In this document: piece after piece, positions 1 through 14,432 of the stretch | How positions within the stretch are numbered: position 1 is the stretch's first letter | Layout of the letters: the number at the start of each line of letters is the position of its first letter | NCBI GenBank assembly: GCA_047495785.1 | Contig: JBLDXI010000016.1 | Span: 992,001 to 1,056,000, forward strand | From: Lepidodermella squamata | Taxonomy: Eukaryota > Animalia > Gastrotricha | Reading direction: 5' to 3' | DNA length: 64,000 nt | Translations under genes and position numbers: made by a program | Notes under the pieces: model-generated | Database searches by the model: none | Seen by the model: only the letters and a program-made list of their open reading frames with translations | What the model was told of the DNA's origin: nothing

Positions 1-726
1 GCATCATCGCGCATGCGTTCAAAGTCCCTTTTTTATTATTTGATTTCGGTCAATTATTTTCAAGACGCTCATTACGAGCAATTAGCCAAAAGGTGAGGGC
101 TAAAAAGCAAAGGGAAATTTGCGTAACTATCAGCATTAGCCCAGTTTCATGCTCTATTCGAATAGCCTATCAGAAAAATCAAGTTTAATTGAAAATCCTT
201 TGAAAATCAAAAATTCAAAGGTAATTATTTATTGACACCTCAAAACCATTATTGAAGCCCTTGTGCCTCAAAACCCCGCCCTTTAACTTGAATAGGCGCC
301 TTTAAAACCCGAGAAATATTCCTGGATCTAAGTTGGTTTCATTTTCGAGTGAAAAATTGTGCAATCAACCCACCTGTGAGATTTTGCGTTTTTTAGCCCT
401 GTCTTCGAAAATCACCGATGATCGTTACTCGAATAGAATGTGAAACCAAAATCGATGATCTTGTTCTACCTGAGGTTCATGATCCTTTGATCGTTTCCTG
501 AATTTTGTGCGTAGAAGCAAAAGTAAGCGGACATGTGATGAAGTGTTTATACTAAACTAATGCTGCCATTTGATCATTTATTTCATTTTCCACGTGACTG
601 AAATAATGAAATGACTAAGCTATCAATGGGTAGTCAATTGAAAATGTGAGATGTTGATGGGCGTTAGGTTAAAATTAAAAACAGCATCGGGATCGAAAAG
701 ATTGAACCGAGTGGCCATAGTTTAAT

Positions 727-2161
727 CTACCAGAGATTGTCGATTGGATGACGAGGAAGTGCTGGCGCCGCTAGGGCGCTTTTTACGACCGGCGGCCGAG
801 AATTATTAACAACGTGCTTCATTTCCCACTTGACCAGGTGCGGCATAGCGATCGGCTTCAAAAATTCGTAATAATTCACCATTCTGCAAAAAAATAAATA
901 AAAAATAAAAATAAAAATTCTACCTTAAAATAATTACGATTCGTTCGTAGGGCAAGCGTAACGTTTCGCCAACATTCTTAAATCGGCATTGCTAAATTCT
1001 GGCTGTAACTCTGCTAAGATAGATTTGAAAGCCTTCTCCGGAATCCGGCCGGTATTTGTCTTATCAAAAGCAACCATCTCCGATATAACATCGTCCAGCC
1101 TGTGTTCAAGTTTCTGCTTCAGTGAATTTTCCATCAACTCCTTCTCGCTGTTAAGCCGCTTTGAACGCACGAAAAAGTTGGAATCGCCCTTTTCGGGTCG
1201 GCGGAAGCGCATCGATGACGCGGGAACAACGCCGGCGATAAAACGCTGGTACTCGTGGAAATGAACCCAGCCTGATGTTGTTTTGCGTAAAACCAGCCAC
1301 AACGCCTCGAGAATTTCGTCATCCGGCTCGCAAATACCACCCTCACCATCGTAAATACTCTCGCGAGCATTCATCCTAAACAAATTCAAAATTATTTGAA
1401 AAAATTCAATTTCAAAATTCACCTGCGAAGCATTTCGATAAAAATTTCGTGGTTAATTCGTTGACAGTTGACTTCGTCAAGCCGTCGAAATTCCCGTTCC
1501 GCCTCTTCTAAACGAGCCGATAAATTTTTTCGAACAATTTTCAGGCTTTCGATGATTTTCGGATTTTCCCGGGCGAAGCGAGCTGTTTTAGACACCCTAC
1601 CAGCTCCTTCGTCGACCGGCCTTAAAGGCAGAGTTTTCGACGGATTGGCCAGTTCGAGATCGTCCTCACGTGATCGTTCATTTCGCAATGAAAATTTGTT
1701 CGGGGCCGGTAGATTGTTCACTGGAACCGGGTCGTGATAGCCGTAGAAAATTCCGCCCATGGCAGCCTTAAAAAAGAAAATTTCTCTCAATGTCCCACTC
1801 GAGTTACAGAAATGGAGAGGGCTCTTCAAAGAAATTTTCTCGTCTTGTTACTCAGGTGATACGAACTAAAGCAGGAAGTGGGCGGTTCGAGGTGTAAAAA
1901 GCATAAAACCTTGTAATTAGCTGCATTTCTCACAAAAATTTTGCCACCTATTGTTTCAATATAATTTTTTGCTTTTTTACTTACAAGCGATTGTTGCGGC
2001 AAGGAGGTTGACGGCACTGTAGTTTTTTGCCTCGGCGCCGGCATGCTTGGCATACCAAGGGTGAACAAGGGGTGTTCGTTGTATCGCCCTGATCCGTCAC
2101 CAGTCAGGTACCGGGTTCCAGACGACACTCGTTTTGATGCAAATTTATTCAAAGCCGCCAT
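727..2161 (-). CDS. Multi-exon EF-hand domain protein (EFCAB6-like)
   Basis: ORFs 1826-2161, 1419-1829 and 934-1422 join through GT-AG introns, followed by a last exon MVNYYEFLKPIA...DNLW*. Degenerate EF-hands: EFRRLDEVNCQRINHEIF, VAFDKTNTGRIPEKAF, VNYYEFL. Confidence 0.6.
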
Positions 2162-3447
2162 TTTTCTTAGCCTCGAAACTTGTAAACTGCCTGATTTCTT
2201 TTCACTCTTTGTACAGTTGAGAGCTAATACCTCTCAAGAGAGACACATTTTAGCGCGGCTTCTGCTTTTCATAGGTAACCAAGGCCCGGCGGGAGATCGG
2301 CATTCATAGCGGCTCTTTTTATCCAGTGCACTCAGTCCCGACGCGTCGCTTCAATCAAAAAATACAGCTGCGACATTCGAGAGGTGAAAAAACTGCGGCG
2401 GTGACCTCAAAGCAATAGCAAGTGACAAGTTTTTTTTAACAATTTATTGCACATCACGGCGAATATTTGCTTTTAAAATTGTATAATGAAAGCTCAATGA
2501 TGATGATGATGATGATGACGTGAAATTAATCGGAAAAACGGCTGCGCATTGATATTTTATATTTACATCAAGTAGAGGTGACAAAATCTATTAGCGCACA
2601 CTATTGTTGCGTTCCGCGCACTGGTTTTCGATTTTATGCGCGCGCGCGCGCACACAACTTTTTTAAGGTTGATTTTATTAAAATTTTGTTTACTCACGTT
2701 GATTTTTATTAAATTCTGCATGTTCTCACTCACTCAGTAATAGGCCATGATGTCAAGGCGAGTTATAAAAAGGCGATATCTCTCGCGAAGCACAGCTGAT
2801 ATGTGTTATTTAACGCTGCTGAATGTAAATACAACACTCGAGAGGGTTATTTGCTGAAAGATGACATTTTTACCGGTCATCTCAGCTGTTTTAAGGAGGT
2901 TCGATGGCTGCTGGCAAATAATCGCAACGCGACTTGTTTTACAACTGAGACAAAGGCCTGAACAACGCGACGGCTTGTCAAGAGGTTGTCTCAGCCCCGC
3001 CCGTCCGTCATCAACAGGCTCGGTGTTTAATCCAGCCGACCCACCGGCTATAATTACGCGGGTTATTAACCGCATTTACCTAGGCTACCGGCTTGCGGTT
3101 GGTATTATTTGCTTGGCTTGAGGAGAAGCGCTAAAAACAAACGCGAGCGAGCGCGCGCCCACAGTTTTTCTGATGTGCAGAACACGGCCAATTATACACA
3201 GCTGAACAAACGATAAACACAGGAGACAAGTGCCGGCGAAGTGTGTGCGATTGCCGCGGCCATCTCGACGTGTTTTGCACAAGACACAGCCGCCTAATTC
3301 GGCCACACTAATATTTTTATTGCTTGCCTGACCCAGACGCGAAGAACCAGCCAGCTTCATGACTCCCGCGCACGTGGCCGGCTTTATTTCTCTCTCATTA
3401 TCGCTGCTCATTATCACTAAAACAGCCACCTTATTATTTAGGAGAAA

Positions 3448-5035
3448 ATGCGCTTAATTATACCGCTTTTTATACTACCGATTTTCGCAAGTGCTGAAAG
3501 TATTCCAGGTAAATTTCCTTCGCATAATAATTTTGTTCTAATTTTAAGAATTTTCGCAGAAATCCCTTACGAAAAACAGCTAATTCAACGCATTCATGGG
3601 CAATACCTAAAAATTGGTCGATCTGGTCGGCCTTTATTATTTCAGTAATTTTTAAAATAATTAAATTAATTTTTATCAATTTTATCATTTTTTCAGTAAC
3701 GATACTTTTCGACTTGAATTCACGCTATCACTGGTGAAAATCATCGATTTGAACGAGGATGAGCAAGCGTTATCTTCAGTTATTTGGTCTCGTCACAAGT
3801 GGAAGGACCCGTTCCTTACCTGGAACCCGCGTGACTTCGGAGGTATCAAAACCGTCCGTGTTCCGGTCAATTCAATCTGGAAGCCTGATTTCATCCTATA
3901 CAACAAGTAATAATCGATAAAATTAGAAAACTTTAGCTAACATTAAAATAAATTCCCCAGCTTGGATGATCAGACTACAATGCGAGATTCAGATGATGCC
4001 GTAGCCATGGCGTGGGTCCACTCAGATGGTACGGTTATCTGGATCCCGCCTAATGTCTACAAGAGCCAATGCGACGATCACTTCGACTCGACTAATTTCC
4101 CATACGACGAGCCGCAATGTTCGTTCAAATTCGGTTCATGGGCCTGGGAAGCCAAGGCATTTGACCCCTCGTTTTCGGACGACATTGCTGACATCTCCCT
4201 CACGCCGTACATCGCCTCGCAACGTTGGGAATTAGTCGGACACTGGGCTCGCAAAAATGTTGCCTATTATTCCTGCTGCCCGGATACTCCCTTCTCCGAC
4301 CTTACTTACACGCTGAAATTGCGACGAGGCAATATCGAATTCTATCAAAGAATTCTTCTTTGGGTAACTAGAATAATTTTTCTCGAAAATTTAATTTATT
4401 TTGAATTTTTAGCCGGTGGTCTTGTTAGTCCTTCTAACCGTTGTGCCATTTTTGCTGCCCGCAAATTCGAAATCGAAAGTGCTGGTAGCCAGCGCTGTTT
4501 TCATAGCCTTCTTCCTTTATGCCTTCGTCATGTCCGATATGGTTGGTTCGGCGGCTAAAAACGCGTCGAACGGCGCCCCGAAAATCGTCATGTGCTTCTG
4601 CCTTGGCAGTCTATTAGCTGCTTTCTCAGCCTTCTTCAGCGCCTTAATCCGCGACTCGTACGCCTGCTCCGGCGAAGCCCCGGCTATCGTGAAAAAGGTG
4701 GGAATTTTAGTCGAAAAATCAAAGAAATTTTACGTAATTTATTCCAGATTTTTATCGATATTTTGGGCTCGATTTTCCTGTGTTCCTTCCTCGGTAAAAT
4801 TGGGAAGAAGCCGGCTGCTCAGGCTGGGGCAACGGCAGTGGCTGCTGATGGCGCTGAAACTTCGTTCATAAAATCGGCCGATGAAGAACCCGTTGTTGTT
4901 ACGAAGAAGTGTTGTCTGGACGGACTCAGCGATGGCAAATTGATCGCAATCGTACTCAACAGACTGTTTTTCGTGTTATTTACCATCGCAGCTGTTGCCA
5001 CCCTGGTTTGCTACCTGCCGCGCCAAACAGCTTGA
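3448..5035 (+). CDS. Divergent nicotinic acetylcholine receptor alpha-like subunit (6 exons)
   Basis: Signal peptide; spliced WKDPFLTWNPRDFGGI and IWKPDFILYN; Cys-loop CDDHFDSTNFPYDEPQC; loop B FGSW; loop C YYSCC; four TM helices ending LNRLFFVLF. Introns about 50 nt (e.g. 3509-3559, 4364-4412). Confidence 0.9.
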
Positions 5036-6742
5036 ATCAGCAATCTTCCTTAATTTTTTTTTTAAATTCGACAATCACATGAGAACTTCTATTTATTGCG
5101 GGTATTATTGGTATATAAATTAACGACGGTTTTAAATTTTATGAGAATTAATTTTGGTAAAATACTACCTCTGTATCACCTTAATTTTTATTTACCTGAA
5201 CAACTTCTCGACCTTCTATTAGTTTCTACATAATATACTTATATAGTGTAATATGGCCTGATTTTATTGTGCAATTTTATGGTTGTTTAGTTGCAAAAAC
5301 TCATGATGTTCGAGCAATAATAAACTGAATTGAGAGGTTTTGGGACAAAAATACATCAAAAGGTGACTTTTGCGAGCGAATAATCACGCAAGTTTTGTTG
5401 TGTTGACTTGATTGATAAACAAATTTCAAGAAAATAATACTTCACAGCCGGAACAAAATATTTGACATTTTTTTCACGCGCGATCAGACGGAAATGTTCC
5501 AATTTTATAATCAACTTGCGCCTATGAAAAGGCGAGCGCGAGAATAACGGAAATACTCATTTAAGCGCAGGAGGGCGCGTAAAAATATTATAGAAAAAAT
5601 AAGCAATAACTCCGCCTTTGAATAAACAGGTATTTTCTGCGTGACCGCTCGCCTCTGATGGTTGTTATTATCGCGCCTGGCCGCAATTTAGCTCAATGCC
5701 TTTAAACTAAAAAAAGGTGCGCATTATAAATTTCAAAGTTTCGCACTGCAATTTCGCTATTTTTCTGCGGCGTATGAATAAGACGAGGTGATGCTTCGTT
5801 TGTTTTTATGAATATAATCACGCTTGATTTATCGCCTTTTTGTTTTTCAAGCTGAAAGGAGGATCATTTTTAAACAAAATTATATCGCAGCTTTTTAGCG
5901 GCCTGTTGAGAAAAAGTTGGTCTAGAGTGATAATCGCATTGTTTTTCGCCAACAATCAAAAGGTTGATATAACGTGCGTAACATGTTGATCGTTTAAAAA
6001 TAGGCCTTTTGACATTATTTTGTTCGCGTTTTCCTCTCACAAATAGCCGGCACAATTCTATAGGGGTGGGGGTTAGGAAAATGGCTGCATTAAGTGATAC
6101 TTGTGTTTTATCTCTCATCTTACATCAGGCTGCTTGTTCAATCTCAAAAAGCGGGCGAAAAATTTCATTAAAAAAATGCTTAAATAACGGCGCGCGTAAC
6201 ACGCAACGCGAGCAACGTGTCGTTTTCAACTTTTTAAAATCTTACTTTCATGATATTATTTAATCGCGCGTTATATGATGAAAATCTGGCGACGCACTTG
6301 CTGACCTGTGCAGCATTATTACAAGCCGCTTTTAGTATCATCATTTATTATTATTGCTAGATGCGCGCGCGCGGTCAGGTTACAAGTGTTCTAGCATTTT
6401 CTTGCCGAGATTCTCGTTATTATTTTTCAACCACTGCACCACTTGATTTTTTGCGCCACCGCCGCTGCCTGCGCTCGCAACGAATTTTTATTATACACTC
6501 GTGTTTAAGGTAGCTCAATTTAAAAACTTGCGGTTTTTATATATCATAAACAGGATCCTTAAATGTTTTGCATATGCGCAAGGTATATTAAAACGGCGAT
6601 GATGAATGGTAGCAATTTACTACAACAAACAAAGATAACAATAGCGCGGCGATGATATGTTCCCGGAAAAACTGATATAATCATAATCTCGCGAAAAATT
6701 AACTTCAACCTCATTTTTCAGGTGGATATTATTTATTGAATT

Positions 6743-8686
6743 ATGAAATATTCGCTGTTGGTCTTCAGCTATCAGCTGATAGCTCAAGCCTCTGCCTTTT
6801 TCTGGGGTGAGTTTATTGCTTAAAATATAAAGCTAACAGTTTCATTTTCCAATATTGCCATGAAATGATTTTTTCCAAGGTCCTCCGTACAATCCAGAAC
6901 TCTTTTTTAAGAGTAAGCTTCCACATCATTCGAGATCACTAGATCATTTATTGTCTATATAATTTCCTCAAAATTAATTTTGGTTCATTATTAGATGAAA
7001 AATAGGCTCAAAGAAATATTCCAGCCGCCTTAATTTTATTTAATCGATTTCATTTTTTACAGATCGAAATGCAGGCAATGGATTTTTCAATGGGATTACC
7101 GATGAGCTATTCCCCCAGGAACCTTTCCAGCAACCCTCATTCTACTACCAATCAGACACGAGAGTCACGAATGATAACGTCAACTCGCCTCCGATTATCG
7201 ACCTCAAACAAGCTGAGCCTAAGGTGCAAGCGACCCGAAATGCGAGGCCGGGCGGGTCGATTCTGCCTGGCAATATCTTCCAGCCTGGAATGAAATTGGC
7301 CCAGCAATTAGCACCGGTATTGCCAGTACCCGGTTCTCAACAACAGGCCTCTGAGCTAGTTTTACCGCTTTCGAACCCTCAGCCTACAGTGTATGGGCCG
7401 CTGCCGGATGGCGGTTCCATTTGCCCGGCCGGTTTTCTATGCTGTGATAACGGAGCTGTCTATCGCAATTCTTTCAAGTTGCTGTCGTGCTGTGCCGAGA
7501 ATTCGTTCGATATGCGATTTGAGGCGTGTAACAACGGCGCTGTTGCGCCGCTTCACCCCGGCTCCCCGCCACTCACCCCGGCCGAACGCCTGACGCATAT
7601 CACGTGCGGCGGGAAGCTGTACTTTGGACCGAATGCACTTCGCTGCTGTAACGGGACATTTTACGATTCGACGAAATACGTCTGTTCCATGGGACTGGTG
7701 AGTCGAAATAAATATACGCAAAATTGTAGTCGAAAATGAGGCTATAGAATTAGGAATCAGGTAAAATGATGAACTGTCTTTCGGACTTTAGATCCAGCAA
7801 TTATGGCTCAATGTGAGTTGAGGAAGTTGAAGCATGGTGTTCCAAAAATACACCTGTATATAGTTTATTGCGCAATTTTCGATAAATCACTTTGATTTTT
7901 TAATTTTTTTTCTCATTATTTCTTTCAAAGTATTTTTAATTATTTTTACGAAATTATAGGATCGAGAATAATTTATTTAATTTTTTTTTTTGCTTTATTT
8001 TAACTTGTTCTATTTTTTTTTATTGCGATCTTGGCGATCTTCAAATCGAACATTCAATAGGCATAAATTTACCAGTAAATTTATTTCAATTTATTTTAAT
8101 CAAATTAGGAAATTATGATAATTGATGACTAAAATTGGTGTAATCAAATTTGATTTTCAAAATTTTGAATTTTTTTATTGCGAAGCGCGGATTTATTTTG
8201 ATAATATATTTCGCGAACTATTTTTTTGCGCGCTCATTTTTTCGGCTGACATTTGTTTGGATTTTCTGTTATTTTCAGCCGCGACAGCCCGAATTATGGT
8301 CCGACGTATCTTACGCGTCAAAGGCAACTAAGGAAGAACTGTTCGATCTACCGGACATGTCGGCTGGCCCGAACGGTCCGCAGTACGTCGTCTGCGAAAT
8401 CTATCGCTACAAACTATCTCCCCGCGATCTGTTAAGTTGGGGCTGTTGCGGCGCGCAAATTTACAATTTCAAGCGCGAAAACTGTACGGCCGGCGAAATT
8501 GTTCCGCAACGGTCGCTGAGCCGCCAGAAATCGATACCCATCGGCGAGTTGATGGTCTACTGCAGCGGTGGCGTTCAACATTGGGTTCAGCCGGCGACTC
8601 TGGCCCAAGTCAGGTGTTGCGGCTCTCGGCTATGTCCGATCTATTCTCGGCAACCGCTCGATAAAAATAACAACACCTTGAGCTAA
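6743..8686 (+). CDS. Galaxin-like secreted Cys-Cys repeat protein, paralog 1 (4 exons)
   Basis: Signal peptide MKYSLLVFSYQLIAQASA. In-frame splicing into ORFs 7224-7739 and 8150-8686. Repeated CC-x-G..Y/F-D...C units (LSCCAENSFD, RCCNGTFYD, WGCCGAQIYN). Confidence 0.75.
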
Positions 8687-9461
8687 CTTCTGAAAATCTA
8701 CGCTTGAATAGCCTAATTATAGAATCAACAGAGCGCAAAGAAATGAAATCGAAGTGATATTGGCGAAATTCAATGTTATACTACTATATCATTTAAAATT
8801 ATATTGCTACCTCATCCTCGCGAATTCATGATCTTGTTATTGTTGTACTGTTGTTCCAACAATTTTTGAATAAAAAACTGTCGATTGGCGAACGGTTTTC
8901 AAGGTTGGAAATTTCGGTTTTGCTTGGCTGCACATTCACTGAACCTTTCACTCGCTCACTGAAATTTAGAGTTTCATGTTTCATCTTGTCATGTCTGACC
9001 GACAGATCTTCATATTACGATGAGCAGTAAGTTACAGAGTTATGCTTCACTCTTCTTAGCGTAGATATCGATTCCAAGTATCGAATATCGATTTCGCAAA
9101 TCAGTGATTTTTCCGATATCTTAGAGCTTTAGCGAAAATACAAAATCCAAGGGTCATGACAGCCAAAATCGCCAAAATCAGAAATATTTACCGTCAGGAC
9201 GCTAAAGTATTATTATTTGGAACCTAATTTTTAGCTAAAAACGGACAATTAAGTATTTGGCAGACAAAATTATTACATAATAGTGATTTTAGCCTGAATT
9301 TTTATTATGAATTGTCGCTATTTACTGTGATGCGTAGAATGTAGAGAATTTCGCACCTTAAATCATGACAAATACAAATGGGCACGTGCTCAATTGAAAC
9401 GCCAAGTCATTCATTTTTTGAAAAAATCATAAACGGGAGCAGATTCGTTCAGTGTATTAAA

Positions 9462-9594
9462 CAGGGGTGTAGATCCGGACAGCCCTGTTGCTGGGAAATT
9501 TGTTTTTTTTTCAGTTGTTTTGGGAAGTTTTTAAGCCTCCTAATAGGAAAATTTCAGTTTCCTGCCGGGAAGGCCTGTAGATTCTACACACCTG
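9462..9594. mobile_element. hAT-type MITE (133 bp)
   Basis: TIRs CAGGGGTGTAGA / TCTACACACCTG flanked by a perfect 8-bp TSD GTATTAAA (9454-9461 and 9595-9602). Confidence 0.8.
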
Positions 9595-9682
9595 GTATTA
9601 AAGCCAAAAATTCAAGTTAAAAATTTGAGATATATTTTCGGAAGATAGCCTTTTTACCGTTATTATATTGAAAAATTTACGA

Positions 9683-11447
9683 ATGACTTTCGAGCCCAAA
9701 AAGGTTCAGCCATTAACTGGAATCTTTTTTACTATTTCCGCTTTGTTATGCCTCATCATCATTTCTCAACAACCGTTTCTTTCCGCGTATTTCAATCGCT
9801 TTAATTACTGGTCGAAGCTGATCGATGCCGCCCCTCATAAAAGGCTGACAACGCCTCGCTTCAGATCGAACGATGAATTTGCAGCATGTCGCAAAGCTTT
9901 CGAGGACGATATCAACGACAAACAGCTGTATATGATCTCGCCCCGTTTGCCCATACCCGGAAGCTTGTTCCTGAAAAACGAACTAATTTCATCAAACAGC
10001 CGCTCATCACCTGAAGAAGCTAAGTTCCTTTACGTTATTTTGCTCGCGTTAATGGTGGATCCTAAGCTGAACGAAGATCCTAGACGCAACGTCAGCGCTT
10101 CGAAGAATAATAAGAAAAAGAACTGGAAATTCGATTCCCCACATCATTTCGACGACTACAACGATTGGCTAGACACTACATTTGTTGTCCAATTACCAAA
10201 TTTATCAAACAGCACTTGCCAAAGTATCAAGGGTCGAAATGAAACCGGCGACAGTGAAAGATGGACAATCGTGTTGAAGTGTCCGATTGCCGGTGAGATC
10301 AACGAGCCGGCGGGAAATGGATCCTATTTGATGGTCAATTTAACGTCCCCACAACGGCCAGAGTTCGACCAAGTCGGGCGAAATTTGCGAGTCTGCAATT
10401 TTGACCTGCCGGAAAGAGACAGGCAGTACAAACTAGCGGCTTGCACGATGACGGCGCACAATCATTTCGACCGGCTGCCCGAATGGATTGAGTATCATCG
10501 ATTGATCGGTTTCGAATATTTCGTCATCTATATCAATCAGAAGAACTTGAATAGATACAAGAAGCTTCTAGGTAGGTATTTCTGATAATGGGAATACTAA
10601 TTAAATTAAACAATATAAATTTCAAATTTATTTTCAAAAAATTCAACAATTCAACAATTTGAAAAAAAAATTAGAAAATATAAATTTAAATTAAAAAAAA
10701 TGTATAAGTTTAAAAATTCAACTTCAAATTTGAAAAATTAATTTTTTTAATTTGTTCTGATTTTTAATGATTTTAACGAATGTTTTTACAGATGTTTACA
10801 TCAACAAGTTGAAGGTGGTTACCTTGGCGACGTTTTTCATCGATGCGCCCGTTCAGTCGCCGGATCAATTTGTCCAACCAGGATTGCAAAACGACTGTTT
10901 GTATCGATTGAAAGGGCGTGTCGATTACATCGGCATGCATGACGACGACGAATTTTTCCACTACTACCCGTCAAAGTCCCAACCGAGCAACTACGATTCT
11001 TTGATCGAGTTTTTAGATGAGTCGCATCGAAAAAATGCGACAACAGGCGGCTGGGCGTTTTACTCTTGGTTTTTCGGTTTTTCCCACCGGAAGCAGTGTG
11101 ACTTTTCGCCGCCTAATACTACGCTCGTGTATACCCGGCTCATGTCGATGAGGAAACGAGCGATTTTGCCGCACACTGCTGGGCGATTCAAGCATATCAT
11201 TCGAACGGATAACGTCGATTATTTTTGTGTACATGTCATAGCAGACGGCGGGCCGAGCGAGATGCTAGATCCTTATGATGTCGGACGGCTGGTTCACTAC
11301 CGCATTCCTTACATCGAGGGCTTCCAATTTCAATTTCGGAAAAAGAGGCTTGTCACGGCCAATTCAATGGCTGAAGAATATGGCCAGGCAGTAGTGGAGC
11401 GGCTAAATAAACTCGGCTATAACTACTCTAACAAATCGGCTTGCTAG
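9683..11447 (+). CDS. Glycosyltransferase family 92 (DUF23) type II membrane protein (2 exons)
   Basis: N-terminal TM helix. Motifs LAACTM...LPEWIEYHRLIGFEYFVIY and NDCLYR...IGMHDDDEFF (DxDE). Intron 10572-10791 joins the two ORFs in frame. Confidence 0.85.
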
Positions 11448-12268
11448 TTGCAGCAAATCAAAGAATGAATGATTAATTTTTGAAAGAAAAAAATAATAAA
11501 AATATTATCGTAAATTCTTGATCCCTTCGTTGATGAAAAAATTCAATGAAAAAATAGGTCCTATGTCTTGAGAGCACGCGATCTAAGAGCAACAATTTAG
11601 GAGCGGCGCAAATTATTTTGTCTTTTCGAGATAAATCGAAACGCGCATTTTTCCAACTTTGAGAGTCGAGTAGATTACACCAGTCAAATTTGTCACCGAT
11701 GCCGAGGACCCCGCAATTCACCCCGCTCTTTCAAATGGCGCTATTGTTTCCTTGTAGAATTCGTACTTGAACGTGTTTTGCGGGAGTCTCGGGTTCGATT
11801 CTCTGCGGCGGCGACATTTTCAATGCCGGGATTTTCAATTTTTATATTTTTATTTTATCATTTCGAGGCCTGATGAATCCATTTGCTAAGTTTCAGCTCA
11901 TCTTTTCGGTGTCAAGGAAGTTTAATCAAGGGATGAATTTGCGCTTTTCAGCGTGCATATTGGCTATGAATATTTAAAAAAATGGTTCTGCTGTTAAGAA
12001 ATAACATTACCAACCTTTTTGAAATTTTGCAAAGTGAGATTTTCGGTAATTAAAAATCCCCAAGCGTTACCTGTTGAATATCAAGAATGGGCGCTAAAAG
12101 AGATTAGGTTATCAGCCGTGCCTATGAAATACCGGCGTCATATGACAAGGAAACATGTCCAAAAACATCTGTGGTACAAGCAATTTTTATGCATAAATCC
12201 ATTTTTATTAGGTAAATATAAGCCTCAAGGCATAAGTTCAGTAAAAAAATGGCGTGTTGAAATGGCAA

Positions 12269-14432
12269 TTACACCAAAACAGCATCCAAGGTTTCTAATC
12301 CATACAGCTCAAAAACGTCCTGCAAAGTTCTATCACTTTTATTGCTTAATTCCCTTTTTCGATTTGCTTTATCGGCCTTGCGTCGATCTTCATCTCGCTG
12401 CAATTGTTCAAGAGTTCCTAGCCTTGGATCAGGTTCATACATCTCCCCTTTGTATATCGAGCATTCAGCCATTTCCGATGGTTGATTATGGCAAGCATCG
12501 AAACTAGGCTGCAGAATGCAATCAGCCGGCGTCAGATCTGCCGCCGTGACTGGCTTCGGCTCGTCCATGTAATTAAGCGCGATGACCTCGCCGAAAAAGT
12601 TGTAGTAGTGAACAAAAGCCGCCAAGAATACGTTGAATGTCGACCTGCCAAATCTCTGCCCATTAGCTTTGATCCAATTCGTAAATAGTCGAGTAGAGCA
12701 GACACCTGTTGATTCCAAGTAACTGCCCGGGTTTTCAACGGATTCTAAATATTCGAGATCAGGTATTGCTGCTCCTTGCAGGGCCCACATATATGTCTCG
12801 TCAAGCCATCGCGATTGCAGCGCCTGTGACATTCAAATTATGATTAGTTTTTAATGAAATTGAGGCTGTTGAATATTTTTTGTTCTTGAAAAGGTTTCCA
12901 GTTGCGAAAAAAGCTAAATCTTAAGGTTGGTGGGATAAATTAGGCCTTATCAAATAGTAAATTTATCGTCGGTGTTTTCAAATTGGATCTCCATCTTTGC
13001 TTTCAGCCTTCAAAACCCTCGGTTATCCTCAAAATAATATTATGCGAAATCGAAGCTAGGAAACGACCAGATTAAAGTGATCTTTTTAAGAAGCTCGTAA
13101 TCAAGGCATTACAACACAGAGCTGTCATTGGGTCCAAAGTTTCGGACGCGATCTGATCCGTGCTTACGAACCTCAAACCGATCCGATCCGCTTTTTCAGA
13201 GTTCTATTCCGTTGAGGGAAAGAAATTTAGGAGATTTTTAGATCTCCCGTTGGTCCTTTGGCGGCTGGGACGTTTGCCAATCGGCTCAAAATCTGCGCCG
13301 AAATTGTTAATCGCCGAAAAATCTCTGCGAATTTCGCTGAATATAGGTAGTTTTTTTTTGAAATGGGTTCCGCTCAAGTTTAGCTCAAGGTTTTTATGAC
13401 TGAAAACATAGCACCAGTAACACTTACACAATTGCAATATTTTTCTGCTCTACATATATTATTTACGCTATTTTTCTGCGTTTGAAATCATAATTTTAAT
13501 TATAAATAGTAATAAAATTAGTAATTAAATATTAAATTAGCTGTAAAAAAGTTTTATCTCTGTCCTCAACCTGAACTGAGAAAGATCAAATTACCTGGTT
13601 CCAAGTCTTCTCGTAGTTCTCCGGTTGTTTAAATTCCATATTGAGTTGGAATTGATCCATACCACCTTCTTTTTCAGGATGCCAAGCAATGAAATCAGCC
13701 GGACCCGCGGCTTTACTGTAAAGAATAATCACCTGATGGCCTGCGTCCTTCAGACTGTTTAAATTCATCGAAATTATCCCATCCGGATAATCACTGGGTA
13801 CCGCAATCATGCCATAGCCAAACAATCGAAGGAGTCTTTGCAGAACGTAACCGTGGTGTCCATCACCCATGCTATCGAAATTGCGGAAAGCCAGAATAAC
13901 AACTTCGCCGGGGTTTGCCGCCAGAAAGTCTTTAATGACGGTGAACACTTCACTAAACATGTCCTGTGATTGACAAGTAGACTTTGCTTTCGTTTTTCGA
14001 AAAGGCGATCTCGTCGTGGAAAGTTTCATATCGATCGACATAATAAGGGTCAGTAGCCGCGATTGGAAGATCAAAATACCGGATGCCAAGGTGCAACTGG
14101 TCGTAAATGCTAATCTCCTGCATTATTCCCCAGTTTTTGAGCCAGCAATTCAGCAAGTTGTCGCTGATGTTCCGAGCCAACTGAGCTCGTACGGACAGTT
14201 TCCCGACATCATTTCGTCGACCGAGCGACGGGTCTAGTTGCCTGGAAAAGGCTGCGTACGAGCCTGGAATAGCCACCCTAGTCAAGGGTTTGTCTCGGAT
14301 TCGTTTAGGCAAATTTGTCATCCAACGGATGAGTGAGTTGTTTGTCACGCAAGATCGCGGCAATTCAAATGCATCACTTCCTTGCAGGGTGGAAATTACA
14401 ACTGTTAGAACTAAAATTAAGCTCGGCAACAT
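12269..14432 (-). pseudogene. PLCXD-like (PI-PLC X domain) paralog 1, frameshifted
   Basis: WMTNLP..AIPGSYA..GIRYFDLP and the same two-exon layout as the paralogs. Reading frame switches near 13975, where the YLH segment of the paralogs is deleted. Confidence 0.75.

Noticed and set aside
11735-11820. tRNA-like or SINE head (GGGTTCGATTC)
   Set aside because: No cloverleaf and no second copy in the window.
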